In this document: one piece after another, positions 1-15,900 of the stretch
Layout: each line of letters begins with the position of its first letter
How positions within the stretch are numbered: position 1 is the stretch's first letter
NCBI RefSeq assembly: GCF_009914755.1
Contig: NC_060938.1
Reading direction: 5' to 3' (one strand)
Length of the DNA stretch: 64,000 nucleotides
Origin: the human T2T-CHM13v2.0 reference genome, Homo sapiens
Notes under the pieces: model-generated
Told to the model about the DNA's origin: nothing
Database searches by the model: none
The model's input: the letters and a program-made list of their open reading frames with translations, nothing else
Program-made: the position numbers and the translations under genes

Positions 1-1766
1 AGTGAATGAATTCTCTTAACAATCCAGAGGGATCAGAAAGGGCTCATTTCAACACCACATTTCAAAAGAAACAATTGAGACAGATTAATCTGATGCCCCA
101 TGGAAATTCCACTGTTGTTTGTAGGGCCCCTTCTAATCTCCTTTAGGGATTTAGCTTTTTCTCCAAATTTTTATTTTGGCAAATAAAATATAAATTTTCT
201 CCAAATTTTTATTTTGCCTAAACAAAAATAAATTAATTTAAAAGTCACATTGGCCACGTCGAAGATATGGAGGTCTGGTCTCTTCCCTTTATGGTGACTG
301 AATTATTTGGTTTTCAGGATAGAAGTAAACCCTTACTCATTGTGGGAAGAGACTACTCAGTGGCTCATTGCATTAACAGAGGAAGTTAACTATTACAGCC
401 TGCCAGTTCCTGGACCCTATATACTATTAATGCCCTTGGCTGAGACTTGGTGCATTTGTGTAGTTTTGGAAACTCCTTCAAGCAAGAGAGAAATTTTTCT
501 GAAAAAATAGAGAAACCTTAGACTTGAAAAGAAAGTGAGTACAATTTGCAAGAAGAGCACTGCACCATATTCCCTTTTCTATTTTATTAGAAATGCTGTA
601 TCTTGCTTTCATTTAGCAGAAATTCTATGCCTTATTCCATGAAGCAAACAACATAATAAGTAAAGGGCTTGCTCTGTCTTGGCTTCTGAGAGAGCTAGAT
701 TTGCCTCCTGGGTCATCTTCTTAAGTGAACTCCTTTGGGCTGGAGAGCTGTTCTCTGATTAATGCCAGAGCCAAGCCCAGGGAGATGCTCAATCAGATAA
801 AATAGCGTTGATGCCTAATTATAGACTCACCATGTCTTGTATTTTGCAGCCTGACCCTTCCTGGAATTTTGACGATGCTATTCAGGATACCACTTCCTAT
901 TCATAATCTGCATATTTAAGATGGCTTGATTCAAAACAATGTTTTGGATACAAACATTCCAACATTTTTCCAAAACACAGGCTTTATCAGCATATAAAGT
1001 AATTTGCCACATGCATTGTGTTTGCATCCTAGCAAGTGGATAATAGATTAGAGTTACTAAAACGTCAGTGTGTTTTCCCATCCATAGTACACTGCAAAGG
1101 ACTCAATGAAAGGAAAACAAAATATGATTCCACAATTTAACTTAGGTCCATATGCCATTGTCATTTAAGACCAAAAACAACAGAAAATAAAAATGAGGCA
1201 TTGAAAACACTGAACCTAGCAACAAAGCAATTAGTTAAACTCAGGTACAGGGTGATATTGAGGCCAATAACCTAGGGTCTGTTTCAGCTGAGATTATCTA
1301 TGGCCCTGGGGAATATTCAAGAGCTAAATTCCTCTGCTTGTTGATATGCTCAACACTGGCCTGGAGACAGGTCAGCCTTCTTATGGGAGGCCTAAAACCA
1401 AAGGAAAAATGAGTGCAAGGTTTTTTGTTTTTGTTTTTTTTTCCTGCTTCTCCCTTGTTTGTCTACACTCCATCTAATCCTCTCTGGGGCAGGGTCTTAT
1501 CTCCCTACATCCAGCCCCTCAATAGTACTAGCACTCGTAGACCTCAACAAATATTTCCAGGTAGAGTAAATGAATTTTCACAACAATCCAGATGGAGCAG
1601 AAAGGGCTCATTTCAAGATAACATATCAGAAATAACTGAGACAGACTAATCTGATGTCCCATGGATATTCTACTATTGTTTGTAGGGTCCCTTCTAATCC
1701 CCTTCAGGGATTTAGCTTTTTCCCCACATTTTTATTTTGGCAACTTTCAAACCTAAAGAAAACCTG

Positions 1767-1975
1767 AGCCTGGTCAACATGGAGAAAGCCCATCTCCACA
1801 AAAAATACAAAAATTAGCTGGGCATGGTGGTGCACACCTGTGGTCCCAGCTATTTGGGAGGCTGAAGTGAGAGAATCACTTAAGCTTGAGAGGTAGAGGT
1901 TGCGGTAAGCCGAGATCACACCACTGCACTCCAGCCTGGGTGACAGAGCAAGACTTTGTGTCAAAAAAAAAAACA
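1767..1975 (+). mobile_element. Alu, 5'-truncated
   Basis: Alu right arm plus part of left arm, A tail, TSD AGAAAACCTGA. Confidence 0.92.
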
Positions 1976-2153
1976 CATGCGAAAGAAAAAGAAGAAAACC
2001 TGAAGGAATAATACAATGAGTAAGAGGCAGACCATAAATATGGTCTGCATCCCTAAATATGTCAGCAGGTATCTCCCTAGAACAAGAACATTTTCAGGCA
2101 TTCAGAGGCTTAATTTTTTTAAAGCACACTGTGCATTCAAAACTGAGTGGTAG

Positions 2154-2468
<315 letters not shown>

Positions 2469-2661
2469 AGGTGACATTTTCAAAAGTCCAGCACAACATT
2501 CACACCTCAAGGAATGTATTATACAGTTGGTGACTTAGATTATACAAACATAAAATGATTTGGGGTAATTAAATCCTAAGGTTGATAGTGCTCTTTATAA
2601 GTAAAATAAGAGCTCAGAGAAGTGAAAAGTAAGGGTGGAATGAAGTTTCCGAGAGGAAATA

Positions 2662-3092
2662 TGTGGCAGAGATGGACCAGCTGTTCATCAAACCTGTTTC
2701 TTCTTCTTCCTGGGCAAACACCTAGACCACCTTCCCAGCAATCCCCCTTGCAGTCAGATGTGGCCACCTTACCAAGTTCTAGCTAATGGAAAGGGAAAAA
2801 AAAACAAATTGAGCCACATCTGGGCCTAGCCAATAAAAACCAGCCACTCATGAGCCTCCACATGCTTTTCCTTTTTTGCTATTATGATCCAAATAAGCAC
2901 TGTGACCTTGGAGCCATGGGTTGAAAATGACAGAGTCCTAAAATGCCAAGTAGTTGGCTTGCTAAAACCTTAAAGAGTGGTATCCACTAATCGGGTCACC
3001 CATTTTGGGTATGTAAGAAACAATTTCTATTGTTTTGATTCATGGCACCATTTTGGTTTTGTTAAAGAAGCTAGCATTACCTCAACTAATAC
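2662..3092 (+). mobile_element. MaLR LTR (MLT1J-like)
   Basis: TGTGGCAGA start, CCCTTGCAGTCAGATGTGGCCA motif, ACTAATAC end. Confidence 0.7.
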
Positions 3093-3861
3093 GTTGGAAC
3101 TTAAAATACCCCTGAATACCTGCAGAAGGAAGTGGTAACTTGAAAATAAGGATTATGCTTTTTTCTCTACTGCTTTCTGCACATATGATCTGTACCGTAG
3201 TTGGCCAAAGGCATTCATGTGTTTCGGGATATATTAATATTATTAAAGAAGGAACACAAAGAGAAAGCAGGATGTAAGTTTCTTTTCTGGTAGTGATGGC
3301 AGAGTAAGTACCTGTCCAATCCTCCAACTGAAAACAACCAAAAATGCTGGACAAAATATTTCCTCAAAAATTGTTTGAAACATATTCATGAGCTCACACA
3401 AAAAAATAAGGCACATTCAGAACAGAGGGCTTATATTAGTTTTCACCTTGAAGGCATTTAACAAACTGGGAGAACCTGAGCTTCTGTTTTTACAACTTAG
3501 CAAGACACAGGGGAAAGCAGATAAACTTGGTGACATTTACAAAGGCCCACCAAGATAGAGTGTATAATAAGAGGCATCCAGCTACAGAGAGGACTTTAAA
3601 CTGCCTGTCTCAAAAATAAGTGCTAAGTAGAAAGGGAAAAGTCTTTACTAAAAATGTGTAACCACAAGGTAATCCTCACAGGGGTTTACAGGACAAACTG
3701 ATTACCTGTTTTGTCCCCAAAACCTCAAGTTGAGAATTTTAAGTCCTTGCTTTGCAGGTTGATAATGATCCTAGGAACCTGACAAAAACAAATGCAAATT
3801 CTGGAGAAACTCACTTTCAACTCCAACCCACTGATAAAGAATTCCCACTAATAGAGTTTCC

Positions 3862-3880
<19 letters not shown>

Positions 3881-3920
<40 letters not shown>

Positions 3921-3965
3921 GCACACACACGCGCGCGCACACACACAGAGAGAGAGAGAGAGAGA
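3881..3965. repeat. Compound microsatellite (CA)n-(CG/CA)-(GA)n
   Basis: Direct reading. Confidence 0.95.
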
Positions 3966-5506
3966 AACAAAGCACCATGAACAACAACCAGTGAAAACAA
4001 TAGAGAGGAGAACCCGGCCAACAAAGACTTCAAACTTTAAAATTAGACACAAAACATAAAATATTGTTTAAATAAATAAAAGGGAACGAGTATATAAGAA
4101 TCGAGCTAGATCAGATAGATTAGACACAGGAAACCAGAGGGAAAAAACTGAGTAAATTATCTAGACTGCAGCACATAGAAATATAGAAATAGAAAAGATG
4201 ACAGAGAAGCTAAAACATGGAAAAGACAGAACAAAGGTATAACATATGCTTAATCTCAAACCTGGAATTAGAGAGAAAGAGTACAGAGCAGGAATAGCAG
4301 CCTGAGAATCTTCCAGTTCTGATGAGAAAGCCAATCCACAAAATTATAAAGCCCCAAACCCCCAAACAAAATAAACACATACAAATAAGTTGACATCTGA
4401 ACACTTTATGATAAAATTGCCAAACACCAAAAACAAAGAAAATATCTTAAAAAACAGTCGTAAAGTACTCTTGGAGAAAGAATACCTTCAACACAAATGG
4501 CAATGAGACTTAGCATTGATTTATCAGCAGTGGAAGTCAGAAAACAATTGAGCATCTTTAATATGCTGAGAGAAAATAACCATAACTTTATACCTGGCAA
4601 AAATATATTGTATACCTAGCAAGATTCCATTTTAAGAACAAGGGGGAAATGGACATTTTTCCAGTGAACAATAGCTTAAAGAGTTTTCCATCGATTTATC
4701 CTCACTAAATGAAACCTAAGAGAAGTGATGAAGGGGGTGGGTTGGGGGAAGGAATTATAAGCAAAAAATGTAGTAAACACATGGGTAAATCTTAACAAAC
4801 ATTTCTGGTTTAAAATGATAATATGTAATCTGTGAGATTAAAAAAAAACACAAAAAAAACAAGATAAAACTAAAACACTGGGCAAAAACGAAACCTAAAT
4901 TGGTAGAGCAGTGATTGGAGTTAAGTGGTCTAAGGTCCTTGCATTGTTTGAGAGGAGAGGAAAGATGCTAATTGGCTTTAGGCTTTGATAAGTATGCATG
5001 TTAAAATTTCTAAAGAACCACTAGAAAAGGATCTAGAAATAAAATATCTAGAGGACCACTAAATGAATCATATAGAGAATAAAACTTCCAAACTACTATA
5101 GAATACATAAAATAAGACAAAAGAATTCAAAAGAAAGCAAGAAATAAAGAAAAAGAAATATGGAAGAGGCAGGAAAAATGGAAAAAAATGAAGAAATAAA
5201 TTAGAATATACATGTAATTACAATAAATATAAATGCATTATGTATTTCAGTTAAAAGACAATTATTTTCAGACTGCACAAAAACAATATCCAGCTACATT
5301 TGTACATGTCATATATAAAAATGCAGCTTAAATATTAGAACATGAAGAGTTATTTATATTAGAAAAAATATATTATGTTTTTGTTAACATATTAGAAATG
5401 AAAACTTCAAAAGTAATTAACTAAGCTGTCAGAAAAATACAAGTTTTATACTCTATTAAACACAAAAGTGTAAGAAGAATAAAGATACAAACAGAAATTA
5501 AAAAGA

Positions 5507-5668
5507 GGCTGAACGCAGTAGCTCACACTTGTAATACCAGCACTTTGAGAGACTAACGCAGGAGGATTCCTTGAGCCCAGGAGTTCAAGACCAGGCTGGG
5601 CAATATAGCAAGACCCCATCTCTACTAAAAAGTAAAAAAACTGGCCAGGTGTGGTAGTGCCCCATATA
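5507..5668 (+). mobile_element. AluJ lacking most of its right arm
   Basis: Left arm, linker and the first ~25 nt of the right arm, then an abrupt switch to non-Alu sequence. Confidence 0.88.
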
Positions 5669-6241
5669 GTTTAAAATGATAATATGTAATCTGTGAGATT
5701 AAAAAAAAAAGTAAGCAAGCATATAAATGATATCACAAATGAAAAACTGCGATGGCACAGAGATTAAAAATAAGAATTAGAGGCTATTATAAACAATCAT
5801 TATGCCTCCCAATGTTAAAACCGAGATGAAGTCAATAAATTCCTAGAAATGCATAAATTGGTAAAATGGATTCACAAAGCAATAAAACACCAGATTAGTC
5901 TTACTATAAAATAAGTTGAATTAGTAGCTGTAATCTTCCTAAAAGAAAATACCACTTCCAGATAAACAGATGACTACTATCAGAAGGTAACTACTATTTT
6001 GAGGTATACATAATTCTAGTCTTATACAGACTATGCCAGATAATAGAAAAACTCTTTATTTTAAGAAGGATAGAAAAACATTGATACCAAAATTTGATAA
6101 GATCAAGGTTGAGCATTGAAGCCAGCAAAAAAGAAAAAAAAATTGATAAGAAAAGAGAATTATAGGACTTCTCACGCCTGAACATATGTATCTAATACAT
6201 GTGCAAAATTTGGAGTGTGTGTAGTATAAAAATAAAACTGT

Positions 6242-6545
6242 AGCCGGGCGCAGTGGCTCATGCCTGTAATCCCAGCACTTTGGGAGTCCGAGGTAGGCGG
6301 AGCACCTGAGGTCAGGAGTTCGAGACCAGCTTGGCCAACATGGCAAAACCCCAACTCTACCAAAAGTATAAAAATTAGCTGGGTGTGGTGGCGCACGCCT
6401 GTAATCCCAGCTACTCAGGAGGCTGAGGCAGGGGAAGCTTGAACCTGGGAGGCAGAGGTTGCAGTGAGCGGAGATTGCACCACTGCACTCCAGCCTGGGC
6501 GACAATAGCGAGACTCTGTCTCAAAAAAAAAATAAAATAAAAAAA
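6242..6545 (+). mobile_element. AluS
   Basis: Full-length; TSD AAAAATAAAACTGTA. Confidence 0.95.
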
Positions 6546-6937
6546 TAAAACTGTATACCTGCCTCACACACTATACACAAAAAACAATTCTGGCTTGACT
6601 CAAGACTGAAATATAACAGCCAAACAGGCACTTCGTAAATGAAGAAACATGTATGACCAATAAACATAAGATGCGTAAGCTTATTAATAACCAAGAAAAT
6701 TAAAATTAAAATGAGATTATTTCACACCTACTAAATTGGCAAAAATGTTAAAGTCTGACAATATTAAATATCAGTGAGAATATGAAACAACAGAGACACT
6801 TAATGTTGGTGAGGGTGTTAACTGGTACAGCCACTTTTGCAAACAGAAGGCATTAAGATGCTGGAGAGCAGTGAGCTTGCCTCAAGATCTGTTGTGGCCA
6901 GCAGAGAGGACCCCATTTAAAGACCACCAAGTGGCTA

Positions 6938-7250
<313 letters not shown>

Positions 7251-7453
7251 GGACTCAAGTTTGCTGCCCATGCACACAGAGGTGGGACCGAGTCAGCAGG
7301 GAGTGCCACACAAGTTCTGATAAAGCCAAGAGGATGACCAGGCTAACATATTTAGCAAACTGGATCACTTATTGGAACCCAACCAATCTTTCTTTCCTTA
7401 ACTAAAATAGAATGGAGTAGGTCAATCTGGATTAAGTGTAGCAGGGATGATAA

Positions 7454-8256
<803 letters not shown>

Positions 8257-9029
8257 TATACATGCTATCTTATAAAAACTTTTGTTTCATCTATCCACAG
8301 CATACATACATATATGTGGTGTACAATGTATCTATATCTTACTGTAGGTCTTTGAAAACCACTAGACTAGACTATGTGTTATAAAACCACAGACTTCAAC
8401 TGCTAGTATAGCTAAACAAGCAGCTCCCAGAAGGCAAGAAACCTTGCCTCCAACAGCAGAGGCCACCGAGCCTAGGGACCCTGAGTTTGTTCCTCCTTCA
8501 TAAGAAATAAACAGAAGAGCAAGGTTGACATTCCTTCCCACATGCACTATCATAGGCGAAGAACTGGGGATGGGGTAGGCGAGACAACCTGAGGGAATAG
8601 CATTGTTTTCCTATGGAAGACTAGAATTATCTTAGGGAACTGTTTGGATTAGCAGATCCAACTAAGTTTTTTAACGGGTGTGATCAAAAGTTATTCTTTC
8701 TCTTGACGATCAATGGGTGTGTGCTGGGAAGGAAGGCTCACTGTAGACAAAATGAACAAACTGCATTTTCTCTGTACATTGGAGTTTTCCAGTGAATGAA
8801 AGTGGTGACTGTACAACATGGAGGAAGAAGGTTGTGGCCAGGGAACAAGATGTACAAAGGCTGGGAAGCTAGAAGGACCACAGCGAGTTCAGGGGTGAAG
8901 AGACACTGACTAGATCCTGGGGCATTCTCTGAGCAGTTTAATAAGTGGGGCAAGATTATAAAAGAACTTGAAAGTGAGGCAGAAAAAGAGAGAACTTGGT
9001 AGACTGGGCAATGAGAAGCCATCAAGATT

Positions 9030-9236
9030 CTTTTTCGAGACAGGGTCTCGCTCTGTCACCCAAGCTGGAGTGTAGTGGCGCAATCATGGCTCACTGCAGC
9101 CTCAACCTCCCAAGCTCAAGTAATCCTCCCACATCAAGCCTCCCGAGTAGCTGGAACCACAGGTGCACACCACCACGCCCGGCTAATTTTTGTATTTTTT
9201 GTAGAGATGGGGTTTCGCCATGTTGCCCAGGCTGGC
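9030..9236 (-). mobile_element. AluJ, 5'-truncated
   Basis: Alu consensus match; TSD-like CATCAAG(A/G)TTCTT. Confidence 0.9.
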
Positions 9237-9279
9237 ATCAAGGTTCTTAGTAGACAAGGAACACAACAACATTGACAAC

Positions 9280-9535
9280 ATAACAATAAAAATAGCTACA
9301 ATAATTTGAGTTGCAACCACGTGCCAGGCTCCGTGCCAAGTGCTTTTCAGGGACTCATGATTTAGCCCTCCCAATAATCCTTTCAGGATTTCCACATTAC
9401 AGAGTTTTATTTCCATAGTACTTATGGAAATATCACCTAGGACTTGAGTCTTAGGTTAAGTAACTCGCCTAAAGTCACACAGCTGTTAAGTGGCAGGGAG
9501 GGGGTCTGAGAACAGGAAGTCTAGCTTCAAAGCCC
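9280..9535 (-). mobile_element. MIR
   Basis: GGTTAAGTAACTCGCCTAAAGTCACACAGCT core. Confidence 0.75.
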
Positions 9536-9979
9536 ATATTTCAAGAGGGTTTTAGGGACAGAAGTCTTCCAGAGCACGATCAAGGTCACTCGTAGTTTTT
9601 TTTGGAGGGAAGCACCAGTAAGGGTTGTGGAGATGAACAGGAGGTGGATTTTAAAGAAAGCAATGAGAAGCCCTGGGGATAAATTAGATACATGTGATGT
9701 AAAACGAGGGCGGGGGCGGCGGCGGCTGGCGGTCCAAGTTTTCTAGCCTGGGAAATAAGGATAATGGTTGTAACCGAGGGAGAAAAAAATGAGGGCCCTT
9801 ATGGATAATTTCTGCCTAAATGCTTAACTCTGAAATTATGCCACTCCTCTTGTTCCCATTTTTCAGGCTGAAAAACCACTCTGCCAGGATCTTCATGTTG
9901 AAGCTTAAAGGGACTATTAAAAATGATTATTCTAAAACATCTATAGTTGCAAGACTGTAGAAGGAACTGAAGAGGAAAG

Positions 9980-10400
9980 AGTGGTAGCAGAACCTGCTGA
10001 TGTCCTGGGCACATGGCTTTCAGGCTTTACCATCTCAGGGCATGCCAGCCCAACTGCCACCTGCTACCAACGGCATCAAGAAGTCCCTGAGAACCTTCTC
10101 TGGCTGAAGGCTACTCTGACAGCTTTCATAGATCTCAAGTACTGGGATCAACACGCCCTGAGAGCAGTCTTCAACCCATGACCGAAAGCAGCGTGGCTGG
10201 CATAGGTGCCCCACGTGCCCCAGTGCGGCTGAGCTCCACCGCCCACAATGGATCTGATGGGATAACTCACGACTGGCTGCCTTCCCTTCCTCATTTCCCT
10301 CTCCTGCACCTACTGGTGTCTTCCTGGGATGGTCTCCCAAGAAAACCATCCACCCTTCAATCCCCCTTGCAGGGTCTGTTTCTAAATTAAAACCAAAGGC
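9980..10400 (+). mobile_element. ERVL LTR (LTR16-like)
   Basis: 3' motif CTTCCTGGGAT...CTCCCAAGAAAACC...TCAATCCCCCTTGCAGGGTCTGTTTCT. Confidence 0.55.
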
Positions 10401-11328
10401 ATAATATCTCCAGGAAGGATCTCATGAGGGTGGCACTTCAGTCTGTCTATATCTGCTTAGAATATGAACTTCAAAAGAGCCACATTTGGGGATATTTCCA
10501 GTTAAGAAACCTATGAGAATTACAGAACAGGGGATAGTCTGTCTGGGAATGATTTCTTCACCCTCGTATCCCTATCATAGGGCACAGTTCCTGGTATGCA
10601 GTAGGTGCCCGCAACTGCTCACTGAATGAACGTGAGGATGATTTGTTTCCCCCGATTTGTGCATATGTCTTTGGCATTTCCGTTGATTGATCTCTTAAAA
10701 TAATTTCATACATGTGAAATATGTGAAATCAGACCTGTGAAATATTAATCAGTTCCATCAAGTTCTGATCATTCACCTGAACTCTTTAAGAGAATTAGAA
10801 AAGCAGCAGACACACATTTGACTGAAAATGTCTACATCTGTTCCATTGCTAGTTCCACCTGGTCACACGTATACTAGGCACAGTGGCATGCCCAGTGATG
10901 ATTTAATTTTTAAGTTTCCCCTACACTCTTGCAAGAGCAGAGCTCTTGCTTAGATGAAAAAATCAAGCTGAACCCCAACCTAACTTCGTCTCTGTAGACT
11001 TTATATGACTTAGGGGTACAGGGGAGCCCCAAAAAGAAGACTGAATATCTTGCTGATCTGCTGACTTAAGCCAGTTTTTCTTATTCTGAAAGAAATCAAG
11101 GAGATGTCAGTGTATCTTAACACCTGAGTTTGTTGAGCCGTTCAGACCAAGTGTAAAAGTGAGTGCTGTCTAGGAAATCTGTTTTTTGTGTTAGACATGC
11201 TGCCAATTATAGCCAGTTAGACTGGGTATAATCTTTGGGTAATTCTGGAATTAGGACTTTTTATTTACCAAGTAGGTAAACGTGCTCAGGGATGGACGAA
11301 GAGAAAGTCAAAAGGTGAAGACAAATAA

Positions 11329-11678
<350 letters not shown>

Positions 11679-12330
11679 TCACTAATGGTCAGATGTGAGA
11701 ACACAGAATGTGAAGAAGCAAAATCCTATTTCCGGTGGGAATTACAGCAAATATTCCCCAACCCATCCTGCTTTTTCTTCCCCCCGAAGGGAACTCCATT
11801 TTCTGTGTGGAAGGGGAAGTCTTCAACCCTGGGATAGAAACAGTCAGAGGAGCAGTTGTGAGGTGGTCAGTCTCGGAGGAAAGCCTGGGATTTGGAGTCA
11901 GGGGACTTGACAGTGAGAACTATTAATAGTCGGGTACCAAAGAATGGGTGACTCTGGGAACACAGTTGCCTTGGTTTCTTCATCTGTAGAATGGGACATT
12001 AATGCATATTATCATTAGGTATTAGTAGCAGTATTATTAAGCTAATATGAGAACCAATTAAAATAATGCAGAGAGCAGCATCTGACAAAGGAAGGCCCCT
12101 CGCTAGTGTGATGTGATTTTTCTGTATCACCCAATACTGCCACACTTCCCCAGAAGTGTCAAGAGGCCATTCTAAATGCTGAATCTAGTCACAAGAAAAA
12201 ACATGATGGTCTTAATTTAGAGATATTTATTAAGTAGTCCTTATAGAGTCACTGTTTTATTTTAAAAGCTGCAAAAGTATTCAGTTTGCTGAATTAGGAA
12301 ATTTCAGAGTGCAACAAGAGCTCTTAAACT

Positions 12331-12959
<629 letters not shown>

Positions 12960-15900
12960 CTCTTACATTATCTAAAATCTAAACTTGTATAATATACTAA
13001 AATCCCTCTCCAAGTGGGACCTGCTACTCTCTGAACCTTAAGAAAGTGGCATCTGCAAAGGCACTGCGAAGGTACTAGGCACACATTTGGAGAAGCCACC
13101 TGTTAGCAACTTCAGCAAGGTCCTGGTAACTGGCATGTATCCTTCAGTTCAAAAAGAAAGTCCCCCAAACCATGGGAGCTTAATGCTCACTCCCAAAGAA
13201 GCACTGCTCCATTATCATGAGTACACCCTGGGACGGTTCTGTTGGTTACACACTCATTCTTCTTTGAAATGCAGGTGGGAGGAGGAAGGAGATAGCTTTA
13301 AACAGCCTCAACATGAAAAGCGTCAGTCAACACAATTCAATAGTTAACCACCATCATTTCGATCATTTCATCGTTACCACAGCCAACTATTTGGTCCTTA
13401 TGCTAGTTTCATCTTTGTAAAGGAAATATTTCATATGTAATTTTTTTTTCCCAGCACAAATTGTTGGAAGATCTTTGGCTTCCTGGAAAACTTATTATTT
13501 TAATTGTCATCTCTAACCCCATGCAGGTAGTAGAAACATGGCAAGCACAATGAAAGTAACAGGAGAATGTACAGAGGGGTCTGTCCTTTCTACTTCTATA
13601 GACTCCTCAACTGAACTCCCTCTGAGAAACAATGCAGGGAGGTTGGCTGTGGCCATGAGCAGCACAGTTCTACTGCGGTTTGCCTGAATGAAGAGTCTCC
13701 TGATTTCTCATCTCCATACCAGGCAGAGGTGAATCTAGTGATTGTGAAAATCAAGAGTGGAACTGAAGGGGATTCCTCTGCCTGCCACCCCTAGAAATCC
13801 TCAATACTGACAGCTTCTGGGATGTAAGGGGGAAAACTGAGCCCGATCTCAATACTGCCATTTCAGAACAATCTCATCATTGAGGAGATAATGTGAATAT
13901 ATTTGATGATATGCAAATATCATCTGTGTGTTATCATTTTACTCAACACTCAAAACACTACTGAGTCTGCCAAGCAGATTTATATAGCTTGGCAAATTTT
14001 CATTTCATGAATGACACTTCATATGAAATTATTTTCACTGACTAATAGAATAACAGTGATAGAACAGATCTTGAGGTGGAAATAGAATAAAGCCATGCAT
14101 TTCCAGCAAAATTATAACCAACTAATCTCAAACACCTCCATATGATGTTCCTATAATTTATAAATAAAAGGGGCCCTGGTTTATAAGTAACCCCTAAAAA
14201 TATGCCTTCCCTCTCATTATAGACTGGGCCAGGGCTCTTTCATGCTTGTGGTCAGTCATCTTTTTCTGTATGTACGTAGGCTTCCTAGGGTACACTGTAT
14301 TACGTCACTAATTGCCACCTTTTTCCTGCTCACTATGAGCACAAGCAGCCTCTTAAATTGTCAAGGCAAAAGTTCTCTCTTTCGCTAAGAGGTTCCAGGG
14401 CTCTGCAAGCAATTCCCCAAGGTCTTCTCTAGAGAACATTTTAGAAGCAGTGATTTGCAAACTGTGTACACAGTGGTACTGGGTTCCAGAGTGTGCCCTG
14501 GGCACAGCCCAGGTGACAATAGCAGGCTCTGGGCTCCTAGTTCCCTCAGAGCAGCTCTGTTTTTATTTGACTCATATATTAGGGTCTTGCATAAGATTCT
14601 ATTTGTTGCTAAGTAGAAAACAAAAATGATGTCTATGAAAATGTGTGCAAACCATTGCAAGAAATGGTTCCGTCTCCCTCAGGCACTCTTAACCTCCCTC
14701 ACCAGGCTGCTCTCTGCAAATGGAGGCGGATGCATTTATTTTCCTTTAAAGAAGCTTACCCTTTTCTCCTCTTCCCGAATTTGAAACATCTAGGAATTGA
14801 AGCAATTAAATATACTCATTTTCAACATTCAGAAACTAATCCAGACTTCTGCACAGCAAATCCTTTCAAAGTTAAAATTTGTTTTTCTCATGTGTACTAT
14901 AAACTGGATTTAGCCAACCCATCCCCAATTTCGATTTTTTTTTTTTTTTTTTTTTTTTGCTATCAGCAAGGTTGGCATATACCTAACGTGTATTCTTTAT
15001 GGACCTTTTGTTATAAGCAATGAGAAGAATGAAGCTGCCTCTTTCTCTTTACCTCTCTACACTAATCCAAAATCGACACTGGCATTTGGTTGGTATTCTG
15101 GAATAATTATTAGAAATTTGGCATAGCCATCCAAAAACAGCAGCTTCAGTGAGTGTGTGAGTAACTAGCTGACAACTGAAAATGAATTGGAATTGTATTG
15201 AACATCTTGTTCATTTGTATTAGGAAAATAAGTTGCACATGGTTGTACCACGATCAATTTTCCTAATTCCAAAATCAGAAAGAAATAAACCTAAATGCCA
15301 CAGGTTTGCAGAGAATGAATTGTACCACTCCAAAGCCCCTTTCGAAACGAAGTGTTCTGAGCCAACTATTTGCAAGACAATAGAGAATGAAGGTAGATTC
15401 TAGAAACCAACAAATCCCATTCATTTCCTTCAGTTTGTAAAAACAAGCAACTGACATGTTTCCTGCCAATGAACACACTTGCAGATAAGAAAGCTCCCTA
15501 CAGGAAATCCTTGCTAAAAGAGACCAGTTGTCCCATTAAACTTAATCTTCTTTACCAAGTCCTAATCAGTTAAATATCTGGGTGATTTAGCATATATTTC
15601 ATAATCCCATGTTGTCAAATATTTAACTTCTACAGTATATATTTCTACGACATACATGCAGAATATTAAACATTAAAATAGAGTTAGGACTCTCCTCCTC
15701 CCCACTCCCCATGCAATTAGTTGATGAAAATAAGGGAAATTTGCTGCTTTTTAAAAAGACCAAATTGTTAATTGAACAAGTTTTAAAACTGACCATTATC
15801 AATTAAGATAAAGCTATTCAATGCTTCAAATTGCCATGACTTAAAGGAAGACGTTTCTAAATGAATATCAAGAACATAAAATCTGAAGACTGCCATTAAC

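Larger units (their letters stand above)
3280..6850 (+). mobile_element. Old L1M (L1ME/MC-like) fragments interrupted by Alus and a microsatellite
   Basis: A-rich, degenerate ORF1/ORF2/3'UTR motifs (e.g. GATGAAGTCAATAAATTCCTAGAA, ATGAGATTATTTCACACCTACTAAATTGGCAAAAAT). Confidence 0.75.
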
